Assembly: GCA_041854325.1 (NCBI GenBank) | Contig: JBHACB010000093.1 | Coordinates: forward strand, 2,346-66,345 | Direction: 5' to 3' | From: Porphyromonas sp. | Lineage (GTDB): Bacteria > Bacteroidota > Bacteroidia > Bacteroidales > Porphyromonadaceae | DNA length: 64,000 nt | Shown here: piece by piece, positions 38,847 through 48,803 of the stretch | Position numbering within the stretch: the stretch's first letter is position 1 | Layout of the letters: each line of letters opens with the position of its first letter | The notes under the pieces: generated by a model | What the model saw: only the letters and a program-made list of their open reading frames with translations | Told to the model about the DNA's origin: nothing | The model's database searches: none | Translations under genes and position numbers: made by a program

Positions 38847-40330
38847 TGCTTTAATTTCTTGGATGAAGAGGGTCGGTTGGCTCTATCTCGGCGACGCTCC
38901 TCCACAGCCTGCCGATAGGCCTCGGCTTGCCTCTGACCCTTGCTATTGGGGCGAAACTGGTCGTATAGGAAGAGCTCTGGGAGTGCCTCCGCCCGATCCT
39001 CTATGCGGTGGCTACTAGCCCCTTGACCTGCATGGTGTATGGCGACCTCATCGTAGAGGGTTCCGCTGTACTGATACGACCGGTAGCGTATGTGATCGGG
39101 GTGTACATCGATCAGCTGGTAGAGCTGTAGCCCCGAGCCTAGCCGATCGTGTACGGGATCAAACTCGTTGGCATACAGCTTGGGCGAGCTCGTGCTGATC
39201 ACATACATGGGCGTATGCAGGGCTCCACTGGGTGCCTTGGTGGTGATGCGAGAGTAGGCATGGTCGTGCCCTTGTAGTACGAGGTCGGCTCCATTGTCCT
39301 CAAGGATAGAGCGAAAGAAGGTGCTCATCACCAGATTGCGCCTCCCCTCACGGACGCACTTGATAGCATGGTGAAACATTACCACCTGCCAAGGCTGACC
39401 CGACGAGCGCAGAGCACTCGCCAGCCACGATCTGTGGCGTACAATAGCCATAACGTCGTTGATGTCGTTGGTGTCTAGTACGATGAAGCGCATCAAGGGA
39501 AGGTCTACATAGTAGCTCCTGCGCTCGAACCCCTCGGGGCCATTGTCGGGGAAGTTGTACTGCGCTACCCAGCGAGGGTCGAGCTCGCGCATGAAGCCAC
39601 GCTTGAGGTACTCGTGATTGCCCGTAGCGAAGAGCATGGGCATCGTGGCTGGCCACTGCCCTAGGGCGCGATACCAGATCGTCCAGTATTCGTCGGCTGG
39701 CCCATCTATTTGGTCTCCTACACCCGCTACGAAGTGAGGCCTGTAGGCAGGAGCAACGCTATCACGTAGGGTAGAGAAGAGGCGGAGGCTCATCTCCCCT
39801 GTCTGATCTTGCACGTCGCCTATGTAGACGAAGCGATTGACGCTATCGAGCCTACTCGGCATGCTTATCCGATAGGTCGGCGATTGCTGTGCTCCAGTCT
39901 TGACCCGATAGAGGTAGCTATGCCCAGCCTTGAGTCCATGGATAGAGGCGGTGTAGAAGCAGCCTTTGCCACTGCGTGTCTCGATGCGTACACCGCGAGC
40001 TGGTAGGCTGTACCAAGTCGTCTCCTCGCCCATCGTATTGAGGGCTGTGTACTCGAGCCACGAGTCGCGAAGCTCCTCGCCACAGCGCCACGATACGGTG
40101 CGTTCGCTGTCGAAGTGCTGTCCTGTCGTCAGAGTGATGCGGTCTATCGTGTCGGGAGTGGAGTAGGGGAGCTCGGGGCGATTGCCAAACCAGGCCTGCC
40201 AGCGTAGGGCCAGCACCACGCTCAGGGTGGCGATACTGAGTAGTGCGATGCCCCAGAATACCTTTGTTCGCTTGCGTGGGCACTTGCGCCTACGCTTGGA
40301 GCTTGAGGCTAGTCGTCGTCTTCTGCTCAT
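38843..40330 (-). CDS. Membrane-anchored metallophosphoesterase (purple-acid-phosphatase-like)
   Basis: Basic N-terminus plus a transmembrane helix. Motifs YIGDVQD, GDQIDG, ATGNHEY and GHDHAY. Start placed at ATG 40330. Confidence 0.7.
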   Translation of the reverse strand: MSRRRRLASSSKRRRKCPRKRTKVFWGIALLSIATLSVVLALRWQAWFGNRPELPYSTPDTIDRITLTTGQHFDSERTVSWRCGEELRDSWLEYTALNTMGEETTWYSLPARGVRIETRSGKGCFYTASIHGLKAGHSYLYRVKTGAQQSPTYRISMPSRLDSVNRFVYIGDVQDQTGEMSLRLFSTLRDSVAPAYRPHFVAGVGDQIDGPADEYWTIWYRALGQWPATMPMLFATGNHEYLKRGFMRELDPRWVAQYNFPDNGPEGFERRSYYVDLPLMRFIVLDTNDINDVMAIVRHRSWLASALRSSGQPWQVVMFHHAIKCVREGRRNLVMSTFFRSILEDNGADLVLQGHDHAYSRITTKAPSGALHTPMYVISTSSPKLYANEFDPVHDRLGSGLQLYQLIDVHPDHIRYRSYQYSGTLYDEVAIHHAGQGASSHRIEDRAEALPELFLYDQFRPNSKGQRQAEAYRQAVEERRRDRANRPSSSKKLKQ

Positions 40331-40374
40331 AGTAGAGGTTGGTTGATGTATAAAGAGATATAGCGATGTCAATG

Positions 40375-40749
40375 TTAGCAGAGCCGAAGGTCTTGCGGTG
40401 TTACCTCTAGGATTACAGAGGCCGATGGCACCTCGCCAAGGATGGGAGGATTGTGCTTGGTTAGCTGGATACGCAGGCGCGTAATACGAGGGAAGTCGGC
40501 AAACAGACGGCATGCTATGCGTCCGGCTACATGCTCCAGTAGCTGTGATGGCTGGCTCATCTCGTCCTGCACCGAGGCGTATAGGTCGGCATAGCTGATC
40601 GTATCCTCTAGAGCATCGGTGTAGGTGCTACGCATGGCATCAACCTCTGCGTTGATAGACACGCAGAAGTGATTGCCCACACAGCGTTCCTGCTCTAGGA
40701 CACCATGATAGGCGTAGAATGGCATTTGGTTGAGCTCTATCTGCATCAT
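40375..40749 (-). CDS. folB: Dihydroneopterin aldolase
   Basis: FYAYHGVLEQERCVGNHF and the C-terminal LTKHNPPI. Confidence 0.85.
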   Translation of the reverse strand: MMQIELNQMPFYAYHGVLEQERCVGNHFCVSINAEVDAMRSTYTDALEDTISYADLYASVQDEMSQPSQLLEHVAGRIACRLFADFPRITRLRIQLTKHNPPILGEVPSASVILEVTPQDLRLC

Positions 40750-40810
40750 ACGCAACGAAGATACGAATAAACGAACAAAGTCCCGAGACGAACGTCCCGA
40801 GACTTATTAG

Positions 40811-40883
40811 AGCGGAAGACGGGACTCGAACCCGCGACCCTAACCTTGGCAAGGTTATGCTCTACCAACTGAGCTACTTCCGC
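40811..40883 (-). tRNA. tRNA-Gly (anticodon GCC)
   Basis: The reverse complement folds as a cloverleaf: GCGGAAG/CTTCCGC acceptor stem, GCTC/GAGC D stem, TAACC/GGTTA anticodon stem with loop TTGCCAA, and T loop TTCGAGT. Discriminator is T and no CCA is encoded. Confidence 0.95.
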
Positions 40884-40920
40884 AAGCTGTGGAGGTCGTT
40901 GTCTCCTTGCTATTGCAGTG

Positions 40921-40928
40921 CAAATTTA
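40921..40928 (-). promoter_or_regulatory. -7 box TAAATTTG (minus strand) upstream of tRNA-Gly
   Basis: TAnnTTTG match, 38 nt upstream of the tRNA 5' end. Confidence 0.4.
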
Positions 40929-41017
40929 GCACACAATTCTCAATCCTCCAAATCTCCCCTCATGAGAATGTCAAAGTCTAGGCCAAGGCTCAGCATCCCT
41001 CAACACTTCCTAAGGTC

Positions 41018-41092
41018 AACATTCAATATCGACGAAGGCGATCATTGAATATCGGCCGAGGCGATCATTGAATATCGACTAGGGAGGTCATT
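41018..41092. repeat. 23-bp minisatellite, 3 tandem units
   Basis: AATATCG recurs at 41025, 41048 and 41071 (period 23). Units are CAACATTCAATATCGACGAAGGC / GATCATTGAATATCGGCCGAGGC / GATCATTGAATATCGACTAGGGAGG. Confidence 0.85.
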
Positions 41093-41322
41093 GCTCTCCT
41101 TGATGGCAGACCTCCCTATGCCCCGCGATAATCGGTCTAGCCTTGATCTATGTAATTTCGTGGGCTTGTTGTGGTTGAGTTGGGGTATAGCCGGTCGAGG
41201 AGGGTATGGAGATTGGCTTTGGGGGCGATTTTTTGTGGTGAGATAGTTGGATTTTACCAAAATAATCATTTATTTTGTGCATAGTATTTAGGTAGAGTTC
41301 CTAATCAGTAAATATTTGAGTA

Positions 41323-43077
41323 ATGATGGATGCACTAACTCCACAGACCCCCGAGCTCGACAACGATGCTCGTCAGCAGGCAGAGGCTTCGATAGAGCCC
41401 TCTGTAGCTAACCTCTCCGCAGGACAAGTCGTAGAGCAGATCGCTGTGCTACTACAGGCCGATCAGCTCCCTGAGCGTAAGCAAATCGATAGGCTCAAGG
41501 CGTTATTCTACTCCAAGAAAGAGCAGTTGGCTCAGTCGGGCGATAAGGCCGAGCTAGAGCAGGCCGAGATCCAGGAGGAGCGTATGAACGACCTCTTGGC
41601 ACAGTTTCGAGAGCTCGATCGCAAGCGTGTAGAGGCACAAGAGGCCCTGTATGAGAGCAATAGGCAGGGTGCAGAAGCTCTGCTGGTACGCCTAGAGGCT
41701 CTGCTGGAGAGTGGGGAGGAGTTTCGCAAGGTATATGATGAGTTTCATCAGATCCGAGAGCAGTGGGAGAGCCTCCGTCCGCTCAATCCTCAAGATGAGA
41801 GCCGACTGCGCAAGGTCTATGCCCCTCTGCGTGATCGCTTCTATGAGCTCAAGAATATCAATGAGGAGCTACGTGAATACGATTTTCGCAAGAACTTGGA
41901 GGCCAAGCGTGCCATCATTGACGAGCTACGTCCACTGGTCGATCATCCCGATCCTATATATGCACTCAAGCAGATGAACGCCTTCGCGGCACGCTGGCAC
42001 GACCTCGGCCCTGTGGCTCGTGATCTGCGCCAGGAGATCTCGTCGGAGTACAAAGAGCTCTCTAGTGCCATCTATCGTCGTCATCAGGAGTATCAAGATC
42101 AGAAGCGCACCAGTGAGCAGACCAATCTCGATGCTAAGCAGGCTATCGTGGCTCGCCTCGAAGCTATCCTCACGGGAGCCTTGCCAAGCAAACGCAAGGG
42201 CTGGGAAGAGCTGACCGAACAGGTGAAAGCTCTGCAAGCTGAGTGGAAGAGCATAGGGCACGCTGGGCGTAGGGATAACGACAAGATCTTCCAACGGCTA
42301 CGTGCAGGTATGGATGCGTTCTTTCAGCTCAAGAGCGAGTTCTACTCTCGTACTGCCAGCGAACAAGACGCCAACCTAGAGGCTAAGCGAGCTCTGCTAG
42401 CACGTGCCAAGGAGCTACGCGATAGCACTGAGTGGGATAAAGCCACCGAGGCCCTTAAGGAGCTACAACAGCAGTGGATGAAGATAGGAGCGATACCTCA
42501 GAAGTATAGCCAAAGCCTATGGAAAGAGTTCCGTGAATGCTTCGACACCTTCTTTGAGCGCAAGAAAGCGCAGGGAGGTGGCAAGCGAGGCCAAGAGCAT
42601 GCCAACCTCAAGGCCAAGCGTGCCATACTAGAGGAGCTACGTGCCCTACAGGCCGAGGAAGAAACGGATGGGCTGTCGGATAGGCTCAAAGCTCTAGGCC
42701 ACCAGTGGCAGGCGATAGGTCATGTGCCCTACAGCGAGAAAGATGCCCTCAATACCGAGCACAAGGCACTCCTTGACGAGCTCTATGGGCGTCTGCGTAG
42801 CTCACGCTCGCAGCGTCGTCTCGACGGCTACTCTGCTGGGCTCAAGGATATAGCCTCCAAGAAGGGAGGGCTACAGAGCGAGCTACAGCGTATGGAGCGC
42901 ATCCGTGAGCGTCTGCGTAGCGAGATACAGACTTACGACAACAACCTGAGCTTCCTCAGTGTCAGTAGCAAGGGGGCTAGTGCCCTACTCAAGGATGTGG
43001 AGCGCAAACGCCAGGCCCTAGAGGAAGAGTTGGCTCTGCTGGACGACAAGATTGCCCTGCTACGACAGCAGTCGTAG
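41323..43077 (+). CDS. DUF349 repeat protein
   Basis: 584 aa, highly charged, with recurring ~75-aa units of the pattern W..(L/I)G(P/H/A)(V/I/A).... Confidence 0.7.
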   Translation: MMDALTPQTPELDNDARQQAEASIEPSVANLSAGQVVEQIAVLLQADQLPERKQIDRLKALFYSKKEQLAQSGDKAELEQAEIQEERMNDLLAQFRELDRKRVEAQEALYESNRQGAEALLVRLEALLESGEEFRKVYDEFHQIREQWESLRPLNPQDESRLRKVYAPLRDRFYELKNINEELREYDFRKNLEAKRAIIDELRPLVDHPDPIYALKQMNAFAARWHDLGPVARDLRQEISSEYKELSSAIYRRHQEYQDQKRTSEQTNLDAKQAIVARLEAILTGALPSKRKGWEELTEQVKALQAEWKSIGHAGRRDNDKIFQRLRAGMDAFFQLKSEFYSRTASEQDANLEAKRALLARAKELRDSTEWDKATEALKELQQQWMKIGAIPQKYSQSLWKEFRECFDTFFERKKAQGGGKRGQEHANLKAKRAILEELRALQAEEETDGLSDRLKALGHQWQAIGHVPYSEKDALNTEHKALLDELYGRLRSSRSQRRLDGYSAGLKDIASKKGGLQSELQRMERIRERLRSEIQTYDNNLSFLSVSSKGASALLKDVERKRQALEEELALLDDKIALLRQQS

Positions 43078-43114
43078 ATATTGGGCATTGGAGAGACTTA
43101 CTCTAGATCATCAC

Positions 43115-43145
43115 GGAGGCTGTACCCTATATCGGTGCAGCCTCT
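43115..43145 (+). terminator. Hairpin after the DUF349 gene
   Basis: GGAGGCTGTACC / loop / GGTGCAGCCTC (one G-U pair). Confidence 0.45.
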
Positions 43146-43232
43146 GTGCTTGTACGCCGGTAGCTGTATGGGCCCTAGAGGCTAGGATACCTGCCCGAGC
43201 AGAGGGCCGTGCGTTGTTTGAGTGGAAAGTGT

Positions 43233-43240
43233 TATCTTTG
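43233..43240 (+). promoter_or_regulatory. -7 box TATCTTTG upstream of the phosphorylase gene
   Basis: TAnnTTTG match, 109 nt upstream of the ATG. Confidence 0.4.
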
Positions 43241-43348
43241 TGGCTCCAAATTTGCCTATGCTAGGAGATTAGCTGGCGTAGGCGATGGAGCGAAGATGAT
43301 GCCCCACAAGGCATCTCCCAACATAGATAACGGACATAAAACAAGGAG

Positions 43349-45925
43349 ATGATTACATCCAAACAAGCGAATGAAGCGGTGTGGACAGATGTCTATACCT
43401 ATGCCAAGCTCCCCCAAGAGCTCAAGAAGCTAGACGAACTGACACACAACCTCTGGTGGGTATGGTCGCCCAAGGCTCAGAACCTATTCAAGGCCCTGTC
43501 TCCCGAGCTGTGGGAGGCTACCGAAGGCAACCCCGTACTCCTAACCCGCCTCCTAACGACCGAGCAGATCAAGGCAATATGTGCCGACAAGTCCCTACTC
43601 GCACAGATCGATGACGTCTATGCCGACTGGCGTGCCTATATGAGCGAGCCTGCCGATAGCACTCGCCCCTCGGTAGCCTACCTCAGCATGGAGTATGGAC
43701 TTACCAATATACTCAAGATATACTCTGGAGGCCTAGGGGTGCTCGCTGGAGACTATCTTAAGGAAGCTAGCGACAGCAATGTGCGCCTCACTGCCGTGGG
43801 GTTCTTGTATCGCTATGGCTACTTCACGCAGGCCCTTAGCCCCGACGGACAACAGCTGGCTAAGTACGAGCCCCAAGACTTCACCCAGCTCCCCCTCTCA
43901 CAGGTGCTCAATGACGATGGTACACCTCTCGTACTCGAGGTGCCCTACTCGGGGCATATGGTCTACAGCCATGTGTGGCGTGTAGATGTGGGGCGCATCG
44001 CTCTCTATCTACTCGACACTGATCTCGGGCAGAATAGCGAGTGGGATCGCTTCATCACACACCAGCTCTATGGTGGTGACTGGGAGAACCGCATGAAGCA
44101 AGAATATCTGCTCGGTATAGGCGGTGTACTGCTACTCAATAAGCTAGGCATCAAGACCGAAGTCTATCATATGAACGAGGGGCATGCTGCATTCATGAAT
44201 GTACAGCGTCTGCTCGACTATGTAGAGGGAGAGGGCTTGCCCTTCGACCTAGCACTGGAGCTCGTGCGCTCATCGTCGCTCTATACGGTACATACGCCAG
44301 TACCCGCAGGGCATGACTACTTTGCCGAGGATCTAATGGGCAAGTATCTAGGACACGTGCCTCAGAGGCTGGGCATCAGCTGGCAGGAATTCATGGATAT
44401 GGGTCGAGAGACGCCTGGTAGCGATGAGAAGTTCTCGATGAGCACCTTTGCTCTCAATACCTGCCAGGAGGCCAATGGCGTGAGCAAGCTACATGGTACG
44501 GTGTCGCAGGACATGTTCGCTCCTGTATGGAAAGGCTTCTTCCCCGAGGAGCTACATGTGGGGTACGTTACCAATGGAGTACACCTACCTACGTGGGCGG
44601 CCCCCGAGTGGCAAGATCTCTATTTCAAGACCTTTGGCAAGGACTTCGTGCAGCATCAGACCGAGGAGGAGGTGTGGAGCAAGATCAACGCTGTCCCCTC
44701 GGAGCTGCTCTGGCAGACGCATCAGGTGCGCAAGCTACACCTCATCGACTATATCCGTGGCTACTATGGCGACCGCTGGCTACGCAATAGTAGCGACCCC
44801 GAGAGCACGAAGATGATCCTCGATGGCATCAACCCCAATGCTCTGCTAATCGGCTTCGGGCGTCGCTTCGCTACCTACAAGCGTGCACACCTGCTCTTCA
44901 CAGATCTCGAGCGCCTCAATCGCATCGTAAACAACCCCAAGTACCCTGTGCAGTTCCTTTTCACAGGCAAGGCGCATCCTGCCGATGGTGGAGGTCAGGG
45001 CCTCATCAAGCATATTCTAGAGATTAGCCGTAGGCCCGAGTTCCTAGGCAAGATCATCTTCCTCGAGAACTATGATATGCGTCTCGCCTCCAAGCTGATC
45101 TCTGGGGTAGATATCTGGATGAACACCCCTACACGCCCTCTAGAGGCCTCAGGTACCTCGGGCGAGAAGGCCGAGATGAATGGTGTCCTCAACCTCAGCG
45201 TCCTCGATGGCTGGTGGTACGAGGGCTATCGCGAGGGTGCAGGCTGGGCTCTTACTGACAAGCGTACATTCGCTGACCAGGCTCTGCAAGACAAGCTCGA
45301 TGCTACGACTATCTACGATATGCTAGAGCGTGAGATATGCCCTCTATACTTCGAGAACAGAGAGGGTAAGCCCTACAGTGAGGAGTGGATCAATGTGGTG
45401 CGCAGATCACTCAACTTTATCGCTCCCCACTATACCATGCGTCGTATGATGGACGACTACTTCGAGCGTTTCTACTGCAAGCTGGCCAAGCGTTCGGCTC
45501 GCCTACATGCCGATGCCAACGCTATAGCTCGAGAGCTGGTGGCATGGAAGCAAGGCGTGGCTCAGCACTGGGGGGAGCTTAGCGTCCTCTCTATCGAGGA
45601 TGGCAACCTACTCGGGCTACAGAGCGGTGGACGCTCTATAGGTAGTGAGGAAGAGATCCGCCTGACGCTCGATCGAGGCCAGCTGACATGTGCCCTCGAT
45701 GTAGAGCTCGTAGTGGCAGCCCCTGACGAAGCTGGGCGTCTCAGACTCGTGGAGGTACAGCCTCTGACGCTAGCCTCTAGCGAGGGTCGCCGCGAGACCT
45801 ACACCCTCAAGCTGACCAACACTCGCCCTGGTAGCTACAAATACGGTATCCGTATCCTGCCTAGCCATGCAGAGCTCCCTCATCGAATGGACTTTGCCTA
45901 TGTGCGCTGGGTGTCGCTCCACTAG
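43349..45925 (+). CDS. glgP: Alpha-glucan (glycogen/maltodextrin) phosphorylase, GT35
   Basis: 858 aa. YLSMEYGL, GGLGVLAGD, FTGKAHPAD and EASGTSGEKA (PLP lysine region). Confidence 0.85.
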   Translation: MITSKQANEAVWTDVYTYAKLPQELKKLDELTHNLWWVWSPKAQNLFKALSPELWEATEGNPVLLTRLLTTEQIKAICADKSLLAQIDDVYADWRAYMSEPADSTRPSVAYLSMEYGLTNILKIYSGGLGVLAGDYLKEASDSNVRLTAVGFLYRYGYFTQALSPDGQQLAKYEPQDFTQLPLSQVLNDDGTPLVLEVPYSGHMVYSHVWRVDVGRIALYLLDTDLGQNSEWDRFITHQLYGGDWENRMKQEYLLGIGGVLLLNKLGIKTEVYHMNEGHAAFMNVQRLLDYVEGEGLPFDLALELVRSSSLYTVHTPVPAGHDYFAEDLMGKYLGHVPQRLGISWQEFMDMGRETPGSDEKFSMSTFALNTCQEANGVSKLHGTVSQDMFAPVWKGFFPEELHVGYVTNGVHLPTWAAPEWQDLYFKTFGKDFVQHQTEEEVWSKINAVPSELLWQTHQVRKLHLIDYIRGYYGDRWLRNSSDPESTKMILDGINPNALLIGFGRRFATYKRAHLLFTDLERLNRIVNNPKYPVQFLFTGKAHPADGGGQGLIKHILEISRRPEFLGKIIFLENYDMRLASKLISGVDIWMNTPTRPLEASGTSGEKAEMNGVLNLSVLDGWWYEGYREGAGWALTDKRTFADQALQDKLDATTIYDMLEREICPLYFENREGKPYSEEWINVVRRSLNFIAPHYTMRRMMDDYFERFYCKLAKRSARLHADANAIARELVAWKQGVAQHWGELSVLSIEDGNLLGLQSGGRSIGSEEEIRLTLDRGQLTCALDVELVVAAPDEAGRLRLVEVQPLTLASSEGRRETYTLKLTNTRPGSYKYGIRILPSHAELPHRMDFAYVRWVSLH

Positions 45926-45945
45926 GGCTAGCTAGACCCGATCAG

Positions 45946-45986
45946 GCAAGCGGCTGAGCTGTACTATCTACAGCTCAGCCGCTTGC
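45946..45986 (+). terminator. 18-bp perfect stem terminator after glgP
   Basis: GCAAGCGGCTGAGCTGTA / CTATC / TACAGCTCAGCCGCTTGC, then TTTG. Confidence 0.7.
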
Positions 45987-46014
45987 TTTGCTAGGTTGGA
46001 GAGAGGAAAGGCGT

Positions 46015-46022
46015 TATCTTTG
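46015..46022 (+). promoter_or_regulatory. -7 box TATCTTTG upstream of the GH2 gene
   Basis: TAnnTTTG match, 33 nt upstream of the ATG. Confidence 0.45.
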
Positions 46023-46054
46023 TCGTACAATAGATATGATGATAATAGCAGACT

Positions 46055-48643
46055 ATGAATATCAAACGAGCACTCTATATGGCGGCAGTACTGATGGGGC
46101 TTGCTGGTAGTGCTATAGGGCAACAGCGTACTACACGTATGCTACACAACTGGGTCTATCAGCGCCTTGGCGATAGTGTTAGCTATCCCTGTAGGGTACC
46201 CTCGGTGGTACAGGGTGATCTGATCACTCATGGACAACTCCCCGATCCACACTACAGAGACAATGAACGGCTCGTGCAGTGGCCGTCGGAGCACGATTGG
46301 CTCTACACCACGACGATACATCTTGATAACTCTATGCCCCGTGGTGCCGATGTGCGCTATCACCTAGTCTTCGAGGGTATCGATACCTATGCAGATATAT
46401 TCCTAGGGGGAGAGCGTATAGCTCAGACCGACAATATGTTCGTAGGCTATCGTATTGACGTTACCAATAGGCTACGCTTGGGAGATAATAGGCTCGTGGT
46501 GCATATCAAGTCGCCTCTCAGAGAGGCTCATGGGCGATATCTATCGACAGGCTTCGACTACCCCGCAGACAACGACCATGCTACGCCACGATACAGCCCC
46601 TATACGCGCAAAGCCCCCTACCACTATGGCTGGGACTGGGGCATGCGTCTCGTAACGATGGGTATTTGGCTACCCGTACGCTTGGAATGCTATACTCAGG
46701 CTCGTGTGGAGGAGGTAGCTGTAGCCACCTCTATCCACTGGTCGGGCGATGGGCAGGCACAGCGTGCCGAGATCTCGGTATTACCACGGATAGATAGCTG
46801 GGGGCAAGGGCCGTATCGTACACGTGCTCGCCTGCTCGAGGCTCATGGGCGAGCTGTAGCGACGAGCGATACTCTCGTCTCCTCTGGCAGACACCTTTTG
46901 CTCCTTGATAAGCCTCGCCTTTGGTGGCCAAGAGGATGGGGCGATGCCTACCTATATACACTGGAGGTCGAGCTCCTAGACGCCATGGGGCAGATCCTTG
47001 ATGTACATCGCAAGCACATCGGGATACGCGAGCTACACCTGATACAGGAGCCAGACCAATGGGGAACTTCATGCTACTTTGAGGTCAATAAGCGTCCTCT
47101 ATTCGCCAAGGGGGCTAACTATATCCCAGGGGATCAGATCCTCACGCGTCGTGGCGAGGCCTACTTTACGCGTCTCTTTGACGATATAGAGTTTGCCGAG
47201 ATGAACATGATACGTGTATGGGGTGGCGGTATCTATGAGGACGACCGCTTCTATGACGAGGCCGATCGGCGAGGGATCCTCGTGTGGCAAGACTTTATGT
47301 TTGCTTGTACTGCCTACCCTAGTGATGCCCACTTCTTGTCCAGCGTTAGGCAGGAGGCTATATATCAGGTCAAGCGTCTGCGCCATCGCCCTAGTATCGC
47401 GCTATGGTGTGGCAACAATGAGGTCGAGGAGGCACTCAAGTACTGGGGATGGCAACGCAAGTATGCCGAGTGGCAGTATCGGCAAATGGCCGATGGCTAC
47501 GATCCTCTCTTTCGTGGTCTCCTCGCCGAGGTGGTAGCGACCTACGCACCCGAGCATGGGTATGTGCATAGCTCGCCTATTGTCGCCAACTGGGGCCGCC
47601 CTGCCACGTGGGGGCATGGCGATGCACACTACTGGGGGCTGTGGTATGGGCGTCAGCCTTTCGAGACTTTTGAGGACAAACAGATGCGCTTTGTCAGCGA
47701 GTTTGGTTTCCAGTCTTTCCCCTCTATGCACAGCATTGCGAGCTTTGCCCAGCCCGAAGACTATGGGCTAGAAACAGAGGTAATGCACCTGCATCAGAAG
47801 GCGTCTACGGGCAATGGCCTTATCCGTGAATATATGCAACGCGACTATGTGATCCCCGAGCGCTTTGAGGACTTCGTTTACGTGGGGCAGGTGCTACAGG
47901 CTCGAGGTATGGAGCACGTCGTGCGCACCCTGCGTAGCCAGAGACCTGTATGTATGGGGGCACTTTATTGGCAGCTCAACGATACCTGGCCTGCCGTGTC
48001 GTGGAGCAGTGTGGACTACTATGGCTCGTACAAGGCAATGCACTATGCTATGCGTCGAGCCAACGCGCCTCTAGCTCTCGTGGCGAAGCGTATGGCGGGC
48101 GACACTCTTGCCGTCTATGTGGCTTACGATGGTCTCGAACCTCTAGAAGCAGGGCATCTACACCTCTCGGTTCATGCCTTCGATAGGAGCAAGGCACTGT
48201 ACTCTCGGCGTATCTCCACACGGCCTATAGCACCCAATGGGCTACAGCTACTCGCTACCCTCAGCCTTGGTGATCTCACCCTCGATACCGATACGCAGAG
48301 CAAAGTACTCGACCTACGGCTCTCTGCAGGTCAGCGAGAGGTATCGCTACGCTGGTATGCGCACAAGACCAAGGAGCTTCACCTCCCTGAGGCTCGCTAT
48401 CGTCAGATGCTCATACATCAGAGCAAGGGTGAAGCTGTGCTACGCATCAAGGCCGAGACTCTACTCAAGGATCTGCTCATCGAGGTACCCCTGCATGCCA
48501 CACGCCTTAGCGACAACCTCCTCGACCTGCTCCCTGGCGAGATGGTCGAGATACGTATTCGTCATCGCGATCTAGATAGCCATACCCCGATCTATATCCG
48601 TACGATGAATGCGGTGAACACATCCGCTATTACGCCCCCATAA
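46055..48643 (+). CDS. Glycoside hydrolase family 2, beta-mannosidase-like (secreted)
   Basis: 862 aa with a signal peptide. GANYIP, NMIRVWGGG, WCGNNE and FVSEFG catalytic-region motifs. Confidence 0.8.
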   Translation: MNIKRALYMAAVLMGLAGSAIGQQRTTRMLHNWVYQRLGDSVSYPCRVPSVVQGDLITHGQLPDPHYRDNERLVQWPSEHDWLYTTTIHLDNSMPRGADVRYHLVFEGIDTYADIFLGGERIAQTDNMFVGYRIDVTNRLRLGDNRLVVHIKSPLREAHGRYLSTGFDYPADNDHATPRYSPYTRKAPYHYGWDWGMRLVTMGIWLPVRLECYTQARVEEVAVATSIHWSGDGQAQRAEISVLPRIDSWGQGPYRTRARLLEAHGRAVATSDTLVSSGRHLLLLDKPRLWWPRGWGDAYLYTLEVELLDAMGQILDVHRKHIGIRELHLIQEPDQWGTSCYFEVNKRPLFAKGANYIPGDQILTRRGEAYFTRLFDDIEFAEMNMIRVWGGGIYEDDRFYDEADRRGILVWQDFMFACTAYPSDAHFLSSVRQEAIYQVKRLRHRPSIALWCGNNEVEEALKYWGWQRKYAEWQYRQMADGYDPLFRGLLAEVVATYAPEHGYVHSSPIVANWGRPATWGHGDAHYWGLWYGRQPFETFEDKQMRFVSEFGFQSFPSMHSIASFAQPEDYGLETEVMHLHQKASTGNGLIREYMQRDYVIPERFEDFVYVGQVLQARGMEHVVRTLRSQRPVCMGALYWQLNDTWPAVSWSSVDYYGSYKAMHYAMRRANAPLALVAKRMAGDTLAVYVAYDGLEPLEAGHLHLSVHAFDRSKALYSRRISTRPIAPNGLQLLATLSLGDLTLDTDTQSKVLDLRLSAGQREVSLRWYAHKTKELHLPEARYRQMLIHQSKGEAVLRIKAETLLKDLLIEVPLHATRLSDNLLDLLPGEMVEIRIRHRDLDSHTPIYIRTMNAVNTSAITPP

Positions 48644-48670
48644 TAGTAGTTAGCGAGCTCTATAGATGAG

Positions 48671-48714
48671 GAATGCCCCGATCGATGCCATAGTCGATCG
48701 GGGCATTCTTTATT
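48671..48714 (+). terminator. Rho-independent terminator after the GH2 gene
   Basis: GAATGCCCCGATCGA / TGCCATAG / TCGATCGGGGCATTC followed by TTTATT. Confidence 0.7.
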
Positions 48715-48803
48715 AAGGCAGGTGCGCTGCCCTCTGTGAGCCTCTCTAGATGCTGTAGTGGAGGGCCAAGGGGTAGGGGAAGATGGAGGAGAGGAAGCCC
48801 CCC

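Noticed and set aside
41018-41092. CRISPR array (tandem 23-bp repeats here and at 3913-3986).
   Set aside because: The units are contiguous with no spacers, there are only three per locus, and no cas genes are present.
40884-41322. Genomic island integrated at tRNA-Gly.
   Set aside because: There is no integrase, no direct repeat of the tRNA 3' end, and no accessory genes. Only the minisatellite and a promoter region separate the tRNA from the DUF349 gene.
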